DNA from: a virus
Virus record (IMG/VR): IMGVR_UViG_3300043446_005369
Span: 1-64,000 of that record
Strand: one strand, 5' to 3'
Length of the DNA: 64,000 bases
Position 1 is the first letter of the stretch, and each line of letters opens with the position of its first letter. A program made the position numbers and the translations under genes. The notes below the pieces were generated by a model. It made no database searches. It saw nothing but the letters and a program-made list of their open reading frames with translations, and was not told the DNA's origin. Shown here in pieces: positions 43,707 through 54,161 of the stretch.

Positions 43707-43870
43707 TATTCGTTTTCTCCGGATTCATAATCATCAAACATTGATGCTGTAACTTCTGGAACAACACTATCAATTTTTTCACCAGCTTTTGCGTATAATA
43801 ATTCTTTGATTTTATCAGTAATATCTGATGGTTTTCCATCAGTTGCAATCAAATCGACGAGATCTTCCAT
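43706..43870 (-). CDS. Small acidic prohead core protein (gp67-like; 54 aa, below ORF-track cutoff)
   Basis: MEDLVDLIATDGKPSDITDKIKELLYAKAGEKIDSVVPEVTASMFDDYESGENE; directly after gp20 with TATAAATA at 43895-43902. Confidence 0.75.
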   Translation of the reverse strand: MEDLVDLIATDGKPSDITDKIKELLYAKAGEKIDSVVPEVTASMFDDYESGENE

Positions 43871-43894
43871 AAAATTTAAACTATGTTATAGAGT

Positions 43895-43902
43895 TATTTA
43901 TA
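43895..43902 (-). promoter_or_regulatory. T4-type late promoter TATAAATA
   Basis: Perfect consensus overlapping the gp20 stop codon. Confidence 0.8.
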
Positions 43903-46846
43903 TTTTTCCACCTTTAGGATTGGGAATTTCCACCGCAGAGGTATTCATAGATGGTTCAATTGGTGTTTCTCCGGTTGGGGATTGTTCTACTCCTTGAGGG
44001 ACACCACCTTGTTGATCCGTCGCAATGGGGTTTCCAAATTCATCTACTGGTTGATTTGGATTTGGTAAAATACCTTTATTAATTTCATCTTCAATTTGCA
44101 TATCAATTTCAATGATTTCGGAATCAGTTTGACGCAGAATTTTTTTACGAATGTATTCTGTGGAATAATATTTCCCGATATATGGCTCAATTGTAGTTGC
44201 AAGTGTTAAACGATTTGTCATCAATTCTGCTTCCTTTAATTCGGCAAAATGATTATCATAAAGAAAATCATACTGAATATGATCTGCCATTTTCTCCCAA
44301 TCTTCAGGAGAAACGATGTTTTTAAGAATTAGTTGACTTCTCAGAATATCATTAAAAACATTTGCGAATTTTTTTCTTAATCTTCCAACAAATTTGGAGA
44401 ACATTAATTCGTCACGAAGAATTTCTGAAGATCTACCTAGATTAAATCCATCTCCACTACCAGCAATTCTAGATTCAGGAACTCCAAGTGCTCTATAAAG
44501 TTTTTTCTGAAAATATTGAATATCGCTGAGTTCACCTAAGTTTTGACCGCCTGGAAGAGTTGTAATTTCTGTTCCTCTTCCACCTTCTCTTCTAGGAAGC
44601 CAGAAATCTTCTAGCATACTCATGAATTTGCGATCATCTCTTATTTCACCTGTGTTTGCGTCATATACCAATTTATTCCTATAACGAGACATAACTTCTT
44701 TTAAGTATTGCTCAGCTTTTACTTTAGGAAGATTGCCGACATCAATGTAAAAAATTCTACGTTCAGGAGCCCTCGAATTATGAACTACAATACCGTTCGC
44801 CACAAAATTATGCTTTTCATGAGAAACTTCAATATCATAAACATCCTCGACTTCTGCAGTTTCCACAGAAATAATTTTTTCAAATTTTGGAAGTTCATAT
44901 TCACTTAAATACAATTCCCAGCATTGAGTTTCTGGAATTAATCTTGTCTTATTTTCCTCACCTATAATTCTTGTTTGTTCTGGTCGGATTCTATGGCGAA
45001 TTTGTCCGGAACAAAGGCCAATTGAAGTCCAGATTTCTTTAATATCTTCAATAAGCTGTTTATTTGCTAAAGAAATTTCACATGAAAATCCATTTACTAG
45101 ATCTCTATAATGTCCATCTGCATCTAGAAGTCCAAGAATAAATTCTCTTTTAATGTTATTTGGGGATGTAAATACCCAATCTGGAATTCTCTTAATTTTA
45201 GCTCCATTTTTAAATCCAAGCTTTTGCAGAAGTTCCGAAGCAAGCGTGTTGCTTGAATGGTAATTACTATATTTTCTATTAGATTTTGACCTCGTACAAT
45301 TACCAAAAAACTTTTCCATCAACTTACTATAATATAAGTTTTGAATCTCATCTTCACCTTCTGCGAATGTTACACCATATTTTGTAATACATCCATCACC
45401 AATTAAAAATCCAAATAGTCTTGCAAATTCTTCATCGATATATTCTGGAAGATTTAGTTGATTTGTACCCCAACCATATAGTTTTTCCTCGAATTTTGCA
45501 TCTTTAAGTACTTCAATTTCTTCTTGAAGTACTGCAACATCAGAAGATTCTAATGACTGAGATCCATATAAGAAATTTTGAATACTACTCCTATTGATAT
45601 TAGTTTTTTCTGAAATTTGTTGTATAACTTTTTCTTTATTGTCAATTTTATAGGAGGACCACAAGAAAGTATCTTTTAGTTTATAGCATTTTTCTCGAAC
45701 TTCTGGAAATGCAGTTTGAGTAGAGCATTCTTCTGGTCTAATGTAAGTTAAACTATGTCTTTTTGGTTGAAGATCTTTGATAGGAACGTACTTCACGTCT
45801 TTAGTCTCATTATCATAAACGAGAACTGGGTGAGTATCGGTTCCTACAACACTATGATGCTTAGACTGAACTCTAAAAGACTGTTTAGTTCCAGTTAACC
45901 ACTTATTAGATACAGTTGTTTCAACTAATTTATCAACACGATTATCATAACTATAAACTTTATCTCCAACTTGAATATCTTTAATGTATGAATAACCTTT
46001 GTCTGTTTTTACTCGGGTATCTCCAATTAAGCAAAGGCGATAAATTACCAAAGAATCTTCAATCATTCTAAGTTGATTGAGAGCCTTAATTGCTTTATGT
46101 AAATAAGATAAAATAGTTCCTTTATTGCGATCTACAAGCCCCGAAGTGCAATATGTAATAGAGTCTTTTGCAATTTTAACTCCCTTTTTGGATCCTCCGG
46201 AAATAGTTCCACTTGGAAAATTAGGAGTCGGAGTATACACAAAATACTCTTCAATTTCAGGAAAGTTATATTGTTGAGCATCAGTTCCATCATTTAGTCT
46301 AAAATTCTTATACTTATCCGCACCATTCGAAGTTCTTTTCTCTTGACGCACATGCTTCATTTTCATTGGATCAATATATCTCAATTCCTGAATTCCTTTC
46401 TCAGGATTTTTTTGATCAATGACTTTTAAATAGAATAATCTTCCATCCACATACCAATTCCTAAAAATTTCATGGCATTTTTTATCAAAATCCATGATTT
46501 CTTTAATATATTTAAATTCTATTCGAATTAGTTCTTTTAATCTATCACTCGCATTTAAATTTGATAGTTCAATTTCAACTGGAGAATCATATAGGTCACT
46601 GACAATAGCTTCATTGACTACACTTTCAATTGCACCTTCACATTCTGGATGTAAAGCCATTTCTCGGTATCTTCGAATCAAGTCGTACTCAGTTCGATAA
46701 ACACCTTCAATATCTACATATTGACCATAAAATCCAGATTGAATAAAATGATCAACCCCGTCCTCATTATTTGCGGGAACGGGGGAAACTATAGATTTAG
46801 ATTTTTTATCATTATCATCAATTGAAAAACCAAAAAGTTTTGCCAT
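43898..46846 (-). CDS. gp20: Portal protein, intein-containing
   Basis: MAKLFGFS, WYVDGR, SYLHKAIK, EDSLVIYRL|SRAPERRIFYIDVGNLP, EDFWLPRREGGRGTEI; exteins total 563 aa. Confidence 0.97.
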   Translation of the reverse strand: MAKLFGFSIDDNDKKSKSIVSPVPANNEDGVDHFIQSGFYGQYVDIEGVYRTEYDLIRRYREMALHPECEGAIESVVNEAIVSDLYDSPVEIELSNLNASDRLKELIRIEFKYIKEIMDFDKKCHEIFRNWYVDGRLFYLKVIDQKNPEKGIQELRYIDPMKMKHVRQEKRTSNGADKYKNFRLNDGTDAQQYNFPEIEEYFVYTPTPNFPSGTISGGSKKGVKIAKDSITYCTSGLVDRNKGTILSYLHKAIKALNQLRMIEDSLVIYRLCLIGDTRVKTDKGYSYIKDIQVGDKVYSYDNRVDKLVETTVSNKWLTGTKQSFRVQSKHHSVVGTDTHPVLVYDNETKDVKYVPIKDLQPKRHSLTYIRPEECSTQTAFPEVREKCYKLKDTFLWSSYKIDNKEKVIQQISEKTNINRSSIQNFLYGSQSLESSDVAVLQEEIEVLKDAKFEEKLYGWGTNQLNLPEYIDEEFARLFGFLIGDGCITKYGVTFAEGEDEIQNLYYSKLMEKFFGNCTRSKSNRKYSNYHSSNTLASELLQKLGFKNGAKIKRIPDWVFTSPNNIKREFILGLLDADGHYRDLVNGFSCEISLANKQLIEDIKEIWTSIGLCSGQIRHRIRPEQTRIIGEENKTRLIPETQCWELYLSEYELPKFEKIISVETAEVEDVYDIEVSHEKHNFVANGIVVHNSRAPERRIFYIDVGNLPKVKAEQYLKEVMSRYRNKLVYDANTGEIRDDRKFMSMLEDFWLPRREGGRGTEITTLPGGQNLGELSDIQYFQKKLYRALGVPESRIAGSGDGFNLGRSSEILRDELMFSKFVGRLRKKFANVFNDILRSQLILKNIVSPEDWEKMADHIQYDFLYDNHFAELKEAELMTNRLTLATTIEPYIGKYYSTEYIRKKILRQTDSEIIEIDMQIEDEINKGILPNPNQPVDEFGNPIATDQQGGVPQGVEQSPTGETPIEPSMNTSAVEIPNPKGGKI
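44777..46033 (-). mobile_element. Intein in gp20 (419 aa) with LAGLIDADG homing endonuclease
   Basis: Begins CLIGDTRV, block B GTDTHPV, GFLIGDG and GLLDADG, ends DVYDIEV...VVHN followed by Ser+1. Confidence 0.95.
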
Positions 46847-46877
46847 TTTATAAATTTAAAATTGTAACGTATTTTAT

Positions 46878-47468
46878 TTAGTTAATGTCTACACCACCAG
46901 CCGCAGGAGAATTACCCTTAACAGCTTCCCACCAGAGAATTTGGAATTCCACAGGAAATTCTTCAATTGAACTTGTACTATAATCTAACTGAATTGCGCC
47001 AACTTGAGTTGGAAATATGTCATAAAAATGATATGCTCTTAGAGTTGATCCGTCACGATCTAACTGATAAACAAATGCATCTGCGGTATATGCAGATGGA
47101 TCAGTAACACCAGTATTGTCAGATACTCGATTAACTTTATTCATCCAATTTTCAAAGGCAGAACGAATTGCAAAGTCAGTATCATTTAAAACAGTTACTG
47201 TCCAACTATCAAATGTGCGATCTCCTGCAACTTTAAGAGTTCTACCTCTAAAATTTACATCGATTGGGGCAATATTTGATCCAGGGAGATTTGCACCCTT
47301 TACCAAAAATCTTGCTTTGTCTAAAACGTTTGTATCTGCGGGTGCAATAGAAGGAAATGAAAGAACTACCTCAAAAAGATTAGAGCGAGTACCACCACCA
47401 GTAAGTTTACTTTTGAAGTCAGTAATCTTTCTTAGTGGAGGTGGATTGAATTGGGTTCTAGTTGTCAT
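46878..47468 (-). CDS. gp19: Tail tube protein
   Basis: GGGTRSNLFEV, FRGRTLKVAGDRTFDSWTVTVLND, QLDRDG, IFPT. Confidence 0.95.
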   Translation of the reverse strand: MTTRTQFNPPPLRKITDFKSKLTGGGTRSNLFEVVLSFPSIAPADTNVLDKARFLVKGANLPGSNIAPIDVNFRGRTLKVAGDRTFDSWTVTVLNDTDFAIRSAFENWMNKVNRVSDNTGVTDPSAYTADAFVYQLDRDGSTLRAYHFYDIFPTQVGAIQLDYSTSSIEEFPVEFQILWWEAVKGNSPAAGGVDIN

Positions 47469-47486
47469 AGTAGTTTAACCTCTAAA

Positions 47487-50123
47487 TTAAAAGTTTCCGA
47501 TTACTTCTTCAAAATCAACGCCAGTCTTGGTGGCAATAAAGTTCAGTCCAATAAAGTTGATAGATCTTGATGGTTTAATGTAAATATCAGCAATAAATTC
47601 ATTATTATCAATAACTGCACCTGTATTATTTGTTTCATCACAAATTACAATATAATCAAAGATACCTCTCTTTGCCTGAATATCACGAAGGAAAGGTTCG
47701 ATAGTATTCACAAAATTAGTTCTTGTAACTTCATCATTAAATTCAAATAGAACATCTTTTGCTGCTTGAGAAATTGCATTTTCAATATAAACAAACAGGC
47801 GACGAACATTAATTCTGTCAAATGCAGATGCTCTTGAGAGACCTGTTTTATCACCAAAAAGAATAATTCCCGAGCCAGGAGAAGAAATTACTGGATTAAT
47901 TCGGTTTGAATATAGTCTATCTCTTTGGGATTTAGTTGGATTATATGCAAGTTTAACTGCATTTAGAATAGTTCCTCTTGCAGTCCCTGCAGGTGAATAC
48001 CAAGGGAAATTATTAATATCATTTCTTGCACAAGTACCAGCAATATCCCCATTTAATGGTACATATCTAAAGGTATTCGAGAAACGATCATACATGTACT
48101 TATAACCACTATCGAAAACTGCATAAGATGAAGAAGTTATAGGTGAATAGAAAGAAATTAGATTTTCTGTAATATCTGCGGCAGATCTTACAGTAACTTC
48201 AGATGGAACTGAAGTATCACTAATTGATGCTCCTCTATATGGAGAAATAAATGCGATTGAATCTTTTCTTAATTCCGCAATAGAAATTAACTTGTTTGCA
48301 AGTGCTTGAGTGGTTTCCATATCATATGCTGCAGATCCCATGATCAAGAAATCTACCTGATGATTTTCTGTTGATTCAAATAAGTCATAACCATCCGAAA
48401 GCTTTGCTAAAGTTGCAGTTAATGCACCAGTCGAAAAATCGGTTTCTCCTCTATAATTTTGTCCACCAGTCATAATTTCATTTACTGTACCACAGCATGA
48501 GAAAATAATCCCATCTGCATTTTGGTCCCAATCATCGTCAGAAACGAGATTGAAATCTGTGGTATAACCAGTCGTAGCTGTAGCATTTGGCTGACCCAAT
48601 CCAAAAACATATTTTGAATTATATGCTAAATATTTTCTCCAATAAGAAGTACTTCCAGCAGAAAACTCCGCATCTTTTGCTTTAGATAACCCAAGATGCT
48701 TTTCTAAAATTGTACCAGCATTTCCGGAAATGGATCCATTTGCATCAATTATAACAACATGAATCTCATCAAATCTTGAATTTCTTGCTGCCGCATATCC
48801 AGATGTTCCTGGTCGTGGAGCAATATTATTCCAATTAATACTAGTGGTCTCAGTAATTTTTATATCTTGTGCATCAAACCAATCATAACTGGAACTATAG
48901 GATAGTGAAGTGTTTGAAGTAGTCTGACCATTTTTATAAAAATTGAATTCTCCACCACTTGGATCAAATTGATATATACCAGATTGCTGATAATCTACTT
49001 GTTCTTCAACACCATTCGGTGCAATATAACTTAAAACTTTAACACTAATTGTATCACCAATAACTCTAGTAACAATACCCTTTAGATCTCCTCTAAGAGT
49101 TGTTTTATTACCTACTCCAGGATTTATTTTACCGGATAATGACTGCCTAATACCATCACCAAGATTAATTGCAGTAAATCCAACAGAAATTGTACCGAAA
49201 TCAAAAGTAGAAAAAATGTCATTTCTTCTTACTGAAGCAGTAGATAATCCAATAACACCTGATCCTATTGAAACTACTGTGGCAATTCCAGGTAGTACTC
49301 CAAGGGTATTACAACGTACTCTCTGACCAAGAGAAATATTATCTGTGGAAATTGCTACAGTGGATGCACCACCTACAATAAGACCACCCTTAGGATCTGA
49401 AATTATACTAAAATCAAATGTGGAATTAATATTACCAGTATCTTGTGAAGCCTTAGATAGGGTAATGATTCCTGATCCAACTGAGACTACTGTTGTATTT
49501 TCAGGAAGAACATTGGGCGTATCGCATCTTACGATTTGACCAGCAAGAATTCCGGTTGTGGTAATTGCTACAGTAGATGCACTACCAACAAGAACACCTT
49601 GTCTATTTGAAACTATTGAAATTTCGGCAGGAGTAAAAATACTTGCGGCTTGAGTATCAATACCATCCAATACTTGATCTGCTCTACTATCGATAAATGC
49701 AACTCTAACTCCATTTGACCAAGTTCCTGGATTTTTTGCTGCAAAAACAACCTGGGGAAGAGTATTTTCATCATATCCCAGCTCTTCATAGTGTTGTAAA
49801 CTATTAATTCTAACTGATGTTGCAACTCCCACAAATCCATTTTGAAGTTCATCATCATTTGCTCTTACTACTTTTAGTGATCCACCATAAGCAAGGTAAG
49901 AAGATGCGACCAACCAATGTTCATAATGATTATCCGTAGAATATGGTTGCCCGAAATTAACTAGTAAATCGTTTTCATTTTCTACAAGTGTTGGTACGTC
50001 TACAGGACCTTTCGCAAAAGGTGCTACAATTGCTCCAATCTTATTTGATGATGGAGTGACTCTGCCAAGCGTTAAGTCAAATTCTTTTACTAAAATTCCA
50101 GGAGATGCTAAATTTAGCGGCAT
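47487..50123 (-). CDS. gp18: Tail sheath protein
   Basis: LASPGILVKE, FAKGP, PWYSPAG, GDKT...FDRINVRRLF, FEFND, IKPSRSINFI. Confidence 0.97.
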   Translation of the reverse strand: MPLNLASPGILVKEFDLTLGRVTPSSNKIGAIVAPFAKGPVDVPTLVENENDLLVNFGQPYSTDNHYEHWLVASSYLAYGGSLKVVRANDDELQNGFVGVATSVRINSLQHYEELGYDENTLPQVVFAAKNPGTWSNGVRVAFIDSRADQVLDGIDTQAASIFTPAEISIVSNRQGVLVGSASTVAITTTGILAGQIVRCDTPNVLPENTTVVSVGSGIITLSKASQDTGNINSTFDFSIISDPKGGLIVGGASTVAISTDNISLGQRVRCNTLGVLPGIATVVSIGSGVIGLSTASVRRNDIFSTFDFGTISVGFTAINLGDGIRQSLSGKINPGVGNKTTLRGDLKGIVTRVIGDTISVKVLSYIAPNGVEEQVDYQQSGIYQFDPSGGEFNFYKNGQTTSNTSLSYSSSYDWFDAQDIKITETTSINWNNIAPRPGTSGYAAARNSRFDEIHVVIIDANGSISGNAGTILEKHLGLSKAKDAEFSAGSTSYWRKYLAYNSKYVFGLGQPNATATTGYTTDFNLVSDDDWDQNADGIIFSCCGTVNEIMTGGQNYRGETDFSTGALTATLAKLSDGYDLFESTENHQVDFLIMGSAAYDMETTQALANKLISIAELRKDSIAFISPYRGASISDTSVPSEVTVRSAADITENLISFYSPITSSSYAVFDSGYKYMYDRFSNTFRYVPLNGDIAGTCARNDINNFPWYSPAGTARGTILNAVKLAYNPTKSQRDRLYSNRINPVISSPGSGIILFGDKTGLSRASAFDRINVRRLFVYIENAISQAAKDVLFEFNDEVTRTNFVNTIEPFLRDIQAKRGIFDYIVICDETNNTGAVIDNNEFIADIYIKPSRSINFIGLNFIATKTGVDFEEVIGNF

Positions 50124-50157
50124 TTTTTATTCTCCATGTCCAGAATTATTCTAAAAG

Positions 50158-50165
50158 TATTTATA
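50158..50165 (-). promoter_or_regulatory. T4-type late promoter TATAAATA
   Basis: Perfect consensus upstream of gp18. Confidence 0.85.
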
Positions 50166-50191
50166 AATTCCTAGTGTTTATAAATTATACT

Positions 50192-52915
50192 TTATTGATA
50201 TTCCCACATGTAGCTCCATTCGGAAGAAACATCACCATATTCATCTAAATTCCATACTTCCAGTGATCCTTTTTGATTATTTTGATTTGCAAAAACCCAC
50301 ATGTCTCCAGTTTCTTTTTCAATATCAATTCCAGATAGTTCTTCTAGACCATCAGAAATAAATCCAAAAGGAGACATGTCTTGATCAATTTGGTTTTTTT
50401 GTTCCTCATAAATTCTTTTTCTGACATCATTATCTGTCATTTCTTTGAAATATTCTTGAGCAACAAGCCAAGCAAATATCACAAGACACATTGCTAGATC
50501 ATCATTACAACCTTCTTCAGCTTCAAATGAATTATGTTTTTGAATAAATGTGGTTAACTCTGCAATGATGTCATAATCATTAATCATTAATTTATCATCT
50601 TCAATCAGCAATTTTAAGTTAGAGCAACCTAACTTTTTAACTGCAGATGTCATTCTTACACCCATTTGCGATTTTTTCCCACTAAAACCTGAACCAACAA
50701 TCTGCCCAGCTCGACCTCTCATAGAGCACATAAGCATATTATCATATTCAAGATCATAATGCAAAATACTAGCAACTTGCTCACCAATATCATTAACTTC
50801 TGCTAAGACCCAAGCATTGTTATAACCTTTTGCTACTTTTTCAATAATACTTGGAAAAAGCATAGGTTTGATTTCATTATTTTTATATTTTGCTACTACT
50901 TTATATGGAAAATTGGTAATATCAAATACAATAAATGAAGAATAGTCATTTCCAATTCCTCTCGCAACATCGACAGTAATTAGATAATTATTTTCTTCTT
51001 TTGGATTTTCATATACATCTAATCCCTTTTCCCCTCTTTTAACTGGATCATCATAAGTTAAAATTTTAAGTTTACTTGGATTGATTAATGTTCCTACAGA
51101 TCCCAGGAATTCGCAAAGGTGCTCAGCCCTAAACTGTTCTTCACTAGTATTTGCAATTGTCTCTGCTTTCCACTTTTCATCTCTACCTGGAACTTCTGAC
51201 CAATGAACTTCAGTAGCAACAAATTGATTTTTATTTCTTTCAGCATCGTGCCACATTCTATAGAAGTGGTTCATGCCTTTTGGTGTTGAAACGACAATAA
51301 CTTTTGTTGATTTACCTGAAGAAATTGTAGGATATACAGAAGCAAAGAAATCGTCTGCAATGTGATTCGGAACGAATGCAAATTCGTCAAGGAAGATAAT
51401 ATTAAATGTCATACCACGAACTGCAGATGCAGAAGTAGATGCTGCAATAATCTTAGAACCGTTTTCTAATTCTAGAGATCCTTTGTTCCACGATATAATA
51501 CCCTGTTGCATCCATTTTGGTAGATTCTCATAAGATAATTGAAGTCTACTTAAAAGTTCTCTGGAAGTAGATGCCTTGTTTGCCAAAATTCCAATGTTTA
51601 CGTTGTCATTAAAAACAACATAATGCAATAGATAAGATACTACGGTAGTTGAATTGTGAGTAGGTATAAATGTTTTTCCGCACAAAAATAAATGATCATC
51701 ACTATCTACTTGGAGGCAACAAACTGGAACACTTTCAACTTTTTCTATTTTATGTATATAAATTCGTTTATTTTGTGGCCTTTCGTTTTTATTAAAATTA
51801 ATTAATTTTATTTTTCTAGGAAGATTAAATATTTTTTCTTTACTCGCAAAACGAATCGTATAATACCAACAATTATTAATTAATTTCCTAGATACTCTAG
51901 ATTTTATTCCCAATGAAGAGAGTAATTCTATAACTTGAATAATGAGTTCGTAGTTTTTTTGATAAAATTCAAATGATTGTGTTTTTGTTATTGACCCATC
52001 AGTGTCCATCAAACCACGAAGTAATTCCATTCTTTGTTCGACCGATGAACGAAGATATAATTCTGGAATATGCTTGTGTTTTAATAAATTATTATCTTTT
52101 AATTTTTTTTGCAAATTTTTACACTTAAATGTAATACAATTATTATTTTCTCTTTCATATTCAACATCAATTTTAGTTTTATAAAATTCATAATCATCTT
52201 TATGTGAAATAATTCTTCCATCCGAAGAAAATCCATCACCTAACCAAACACCAAGGAGGTATGGATCAATCGGAAGATTTTTATTTTCTCCCACAAAAGG
52301 ATTTGTATAATCGATATATAATGATCCGATTACGCCCCTTCCTCTTTTATTGTTTATTTTTTTTAAATATTTTGAATAAATCTCATTTGTTGTTAATATT
52401 TTTTTTCCAGTTCTCCAATATACCGAATTTACTTCCCATAAATGATCACCATCAGCAATAATTTCTTCCCCATTATCAAAATATATTTTATAACATTGAT
52501 GATTAAACATCGTTTCTGTTTTAAAAGTAACAGAAACAGGATTGCCGCTTGGTGATAGTATTTTATCTCCAACTTTAACTTCCTCCATTGTTGTCCAACC
52601 AGCTGGAGTTGGAATAGGAGTATCCAATGCCAAAGCCTTTCCAACCTGTCTAGGCATCTTGCAAATATTAAATCTGTTTTTATGGAAATTTGTAATCAGT
52701 TTTTCTTGAAATGGCCATAAGTTAAATTTAACTAAGCCATCATCTACGTTTACGATTTTAATATAATTTTTAGCAAAATATACAGGATCTTCCTTACACT
52801 TCAAAAATTCAATGACTTGCTCTTCAGTCCATTGAATAGGGGTATTTGCTCTCTTTAAATTTGGATTGGAGAGATAAGCATCACCTTGTTTTAATTGGAT
52901 ATCTTCAATTGCCAT
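50192..52915 (-). CDS. gp17: Terminase large subunit, intein-containing
   Basis: YLSNPNLK, MPRQVGK|STT Walker A, IFLDEFAF, VSTPKG, VDVARG, NDDLAM; exteins total 579 aa. Confidence 0.97.
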   Translation of the reverse strand: MAIEDIQLKQGDAYLSNPNLKRANTPIQWTEEQVIEFLKCKEDPVYFAKNYIKIVNVDDGLVKFNLWPFQEKLITNFHKNRFNICKMPRQVGKALALDTPIPTPAGWTTMEEVKVGDKILSPSGNPVSVTFKTETMFNHQCYKIYFDNGEEIIADGDHLWEVNSVYWRTGKKILTTNEIYSKYLKKINNKRGRGVIGSLYIDYTNPFVGENKNLPIDPYLLGVWLGDGFSSDGRIISHKDDYEFYKTKIDVEYERENNNCITFKCKNLQKKLKDNNLLKHKHIPELYLRSSVEQRMELLRGLMDTDGSITKTQSFEFYQKNYELIIQVIELLSSLGIKSRVSRKLINNCWYYTIRFASKEKIFNLPRKIKLINFNKNERPQNKRIYIHKIEKVESVPVCCLQVDSDDHLFLCGKTFIPTHNSTTVVSYLLHYVVFNDNVNIGILANKASTSRELLSRLQLSYENLPKWMQQGIISWNKGSLELENGSKIIAASTSASAVRGMTFNIIFLDEFAFVPNHIADDFFASVYPTISSGKSTKVIVVSTPKGMNHFYRMWHDAERNKNQFVATEVHWSEVPGRDEKWKAETIANTSEEQFRAEHLCEFLGSVGTLINPSKLKILTYDDPVKRGEKGLDVYENPKEENNYLITVDVARGIGNDYSSFIVFDITNFPYKVVAKYKNNEIKPMLFPSIIEKVAKGYNNAWVLAEVNDIGEQVASILHYDLEYDNMLMCSMRGRAGQIVGSGFSGKKSQMGVRMTSAVKKLGCSNLKLLIEDDKLMINDYDIIAELTTFIQKHNSFEAEEGCNDDLAMCLVIFAWLVAQEYFKEMTDNDVRKRIYEEQKNQIDQDMSPFGFISDGLEELSGIDIEKETGDMWVFANQNNQKGSLEVWNLDEYGDVSSEWSYMWEYQ
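51653..52636 (-). mobile_element. Intein in gp17 (328 aa), Ala1 class-3 type, with LAGLIDADG homing endonuclease
   Basis: Begins ALALDTPIPT, DGDHLW, GVWLGDG and GLMDTDG, PVCCLQVD, ends IPTHN followed by Ser+1. Confidence 0.93.
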
Positions 52916-52916
52916 A

Positions 52917-54161
52917 TTATGTTAAATCTAAAAATTGTATAGAACCGATAAAATTAGTTGACGTGCCTTCGACAACTCTTGCTGCAAGTGTATAAATATC
53001 ACTAACTTTCGATTGAGTTCTTCCTAATTGTAGATCCCAATTATAGGTTGTTTCAATGTTAATAGGATTTGTTACTTTATTTGCAGCAGAAACATAATCA
53101 TTTAGAACTATAGTTCCTCCAGTTACAATTCCAACCGAATCATAGTTTTGTTGGACATTAGGTGATGATGTATTCACCCAATTTGTGGCTGAAATTTGAC
53201 CATTTTTAATAAGTACTACTTCTACAATAGACCCACCGCCACTGGAATCCGCAGAAAATGAAAATGCTTTAGGTAAAATAATTGCATCTTCCCTGCCAGG
53301 AGCCAAACGAATACTCACAATAGGAGTAAAATTACTACTACTTGCAATTCCAGTAACTAACGATGGTCTTCTTGCAATATCCCTTGCAACTACTTTTTCG
53401 TATCCACCATTAGATTGAACTGAAACACAAATCTGTTTCATAGTAGATGGTGATGTTGTAATTCCAGTATTTAAAATTTCATATCTAACAGGAAGAGATG
53501 CAGTTGTCATATATACACTATCAATAATATTAGCATGTTCAAATCTATGAGCTATATGAAAATTGCCTTCTTCATGAGCAAATCCACAACGTACTGCCCC
53601 CACTCCCAACCATTCATATTCAGTAAACATTAATTGAGCTTTGGTTAAATCTAAAATATGACCAGTAACACCTTCGCCATCGAATTTGTCTACATTCCAT
53701 TCAGATTGGGGAACACGGATTTCTGTAGTAATTCCAGATTTAGCAGTCCTCATCATCCAATATGTAGTAGTAATTCCAGATTCCGAAGTAATTTGTTCTA
53801 GAAATACTCCATTTTGCGATGATCCATAACCAACTCTCTGTGTGAGATTTGGTTTTGGTAGATTCATTACAAATGTTTGTAAAACTTGCAATGCTTTTCC
53901 GGACTGATATGAAAAAACTCTTTTACTTTCTCTTATAAAAGAACATCCTGCAGTTGTCCCCACTCCAAGAGTTGCAGTACTTTGATGAGTAATAATTCCT
54001 ACAGTGGATCCAGTTCCAACTATAACATCATCGAAATCACCATCTTGACTATATCTATGTGTACTATCAAAAAGTGTATATGGTGTAGATACCTTTAATC
54101 TTCCAAATAAATCTCCGCTAAATCCTTTTCCAAGTGGTGACTGATCATATAAATGAGACAT
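52917..54161 (-). CDS. Hypothetical beta-rich protein (probable virion component)
   Basis: Likely start MSHLYDQ overlapping upstream stop; DLFGRLKVS, EWLGVGAVRCGF, TASLPVRYEI. Confidence 0.7.
   Translation of the reverse strand: MSHLYDQSPLGKGFSGDLFGRLKVSTPYTLFDSTHRYSQDGDFDDVIVGTGSTVGIITHQSTATLGVGTTAGCSFIRESKRVFSYQSGKALQVLQTFVMNLPKPNLTQRVGYGSSQNGVFLEQITSESGITTTYWMMRTAKSGITTEIRVPQSEWNVDKFDGEGVTGHILDLTKAQLMFTEYEWLGVGAVRCGFAHEEGNFHIAHRFEHANIIDSVYMTTASLPVRYEILNTGITTSPSTMKQICVSVQSNGGYEKVVARDIARRPSLVTGIASSSNFTPIVSIRLAPGREDAIILPKAFSFSADSSGGGSIVEVVLIKNGQISATNWVNTSSPNVQQNYDSVGIVTGGTIVLNDYVSAANKVTNPINIETTYNWDLQLGRTQSKVSDIYTLAARVVEGTSTNFIGSIQFLDLT

Noticed and set aside
43636-43848. 70-aa minus-strand ORF after gp20
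   Set aside because: Wrong frame; the 54-aa frame 43706-43870 has an ATG after the late promoter and couples to the next gene
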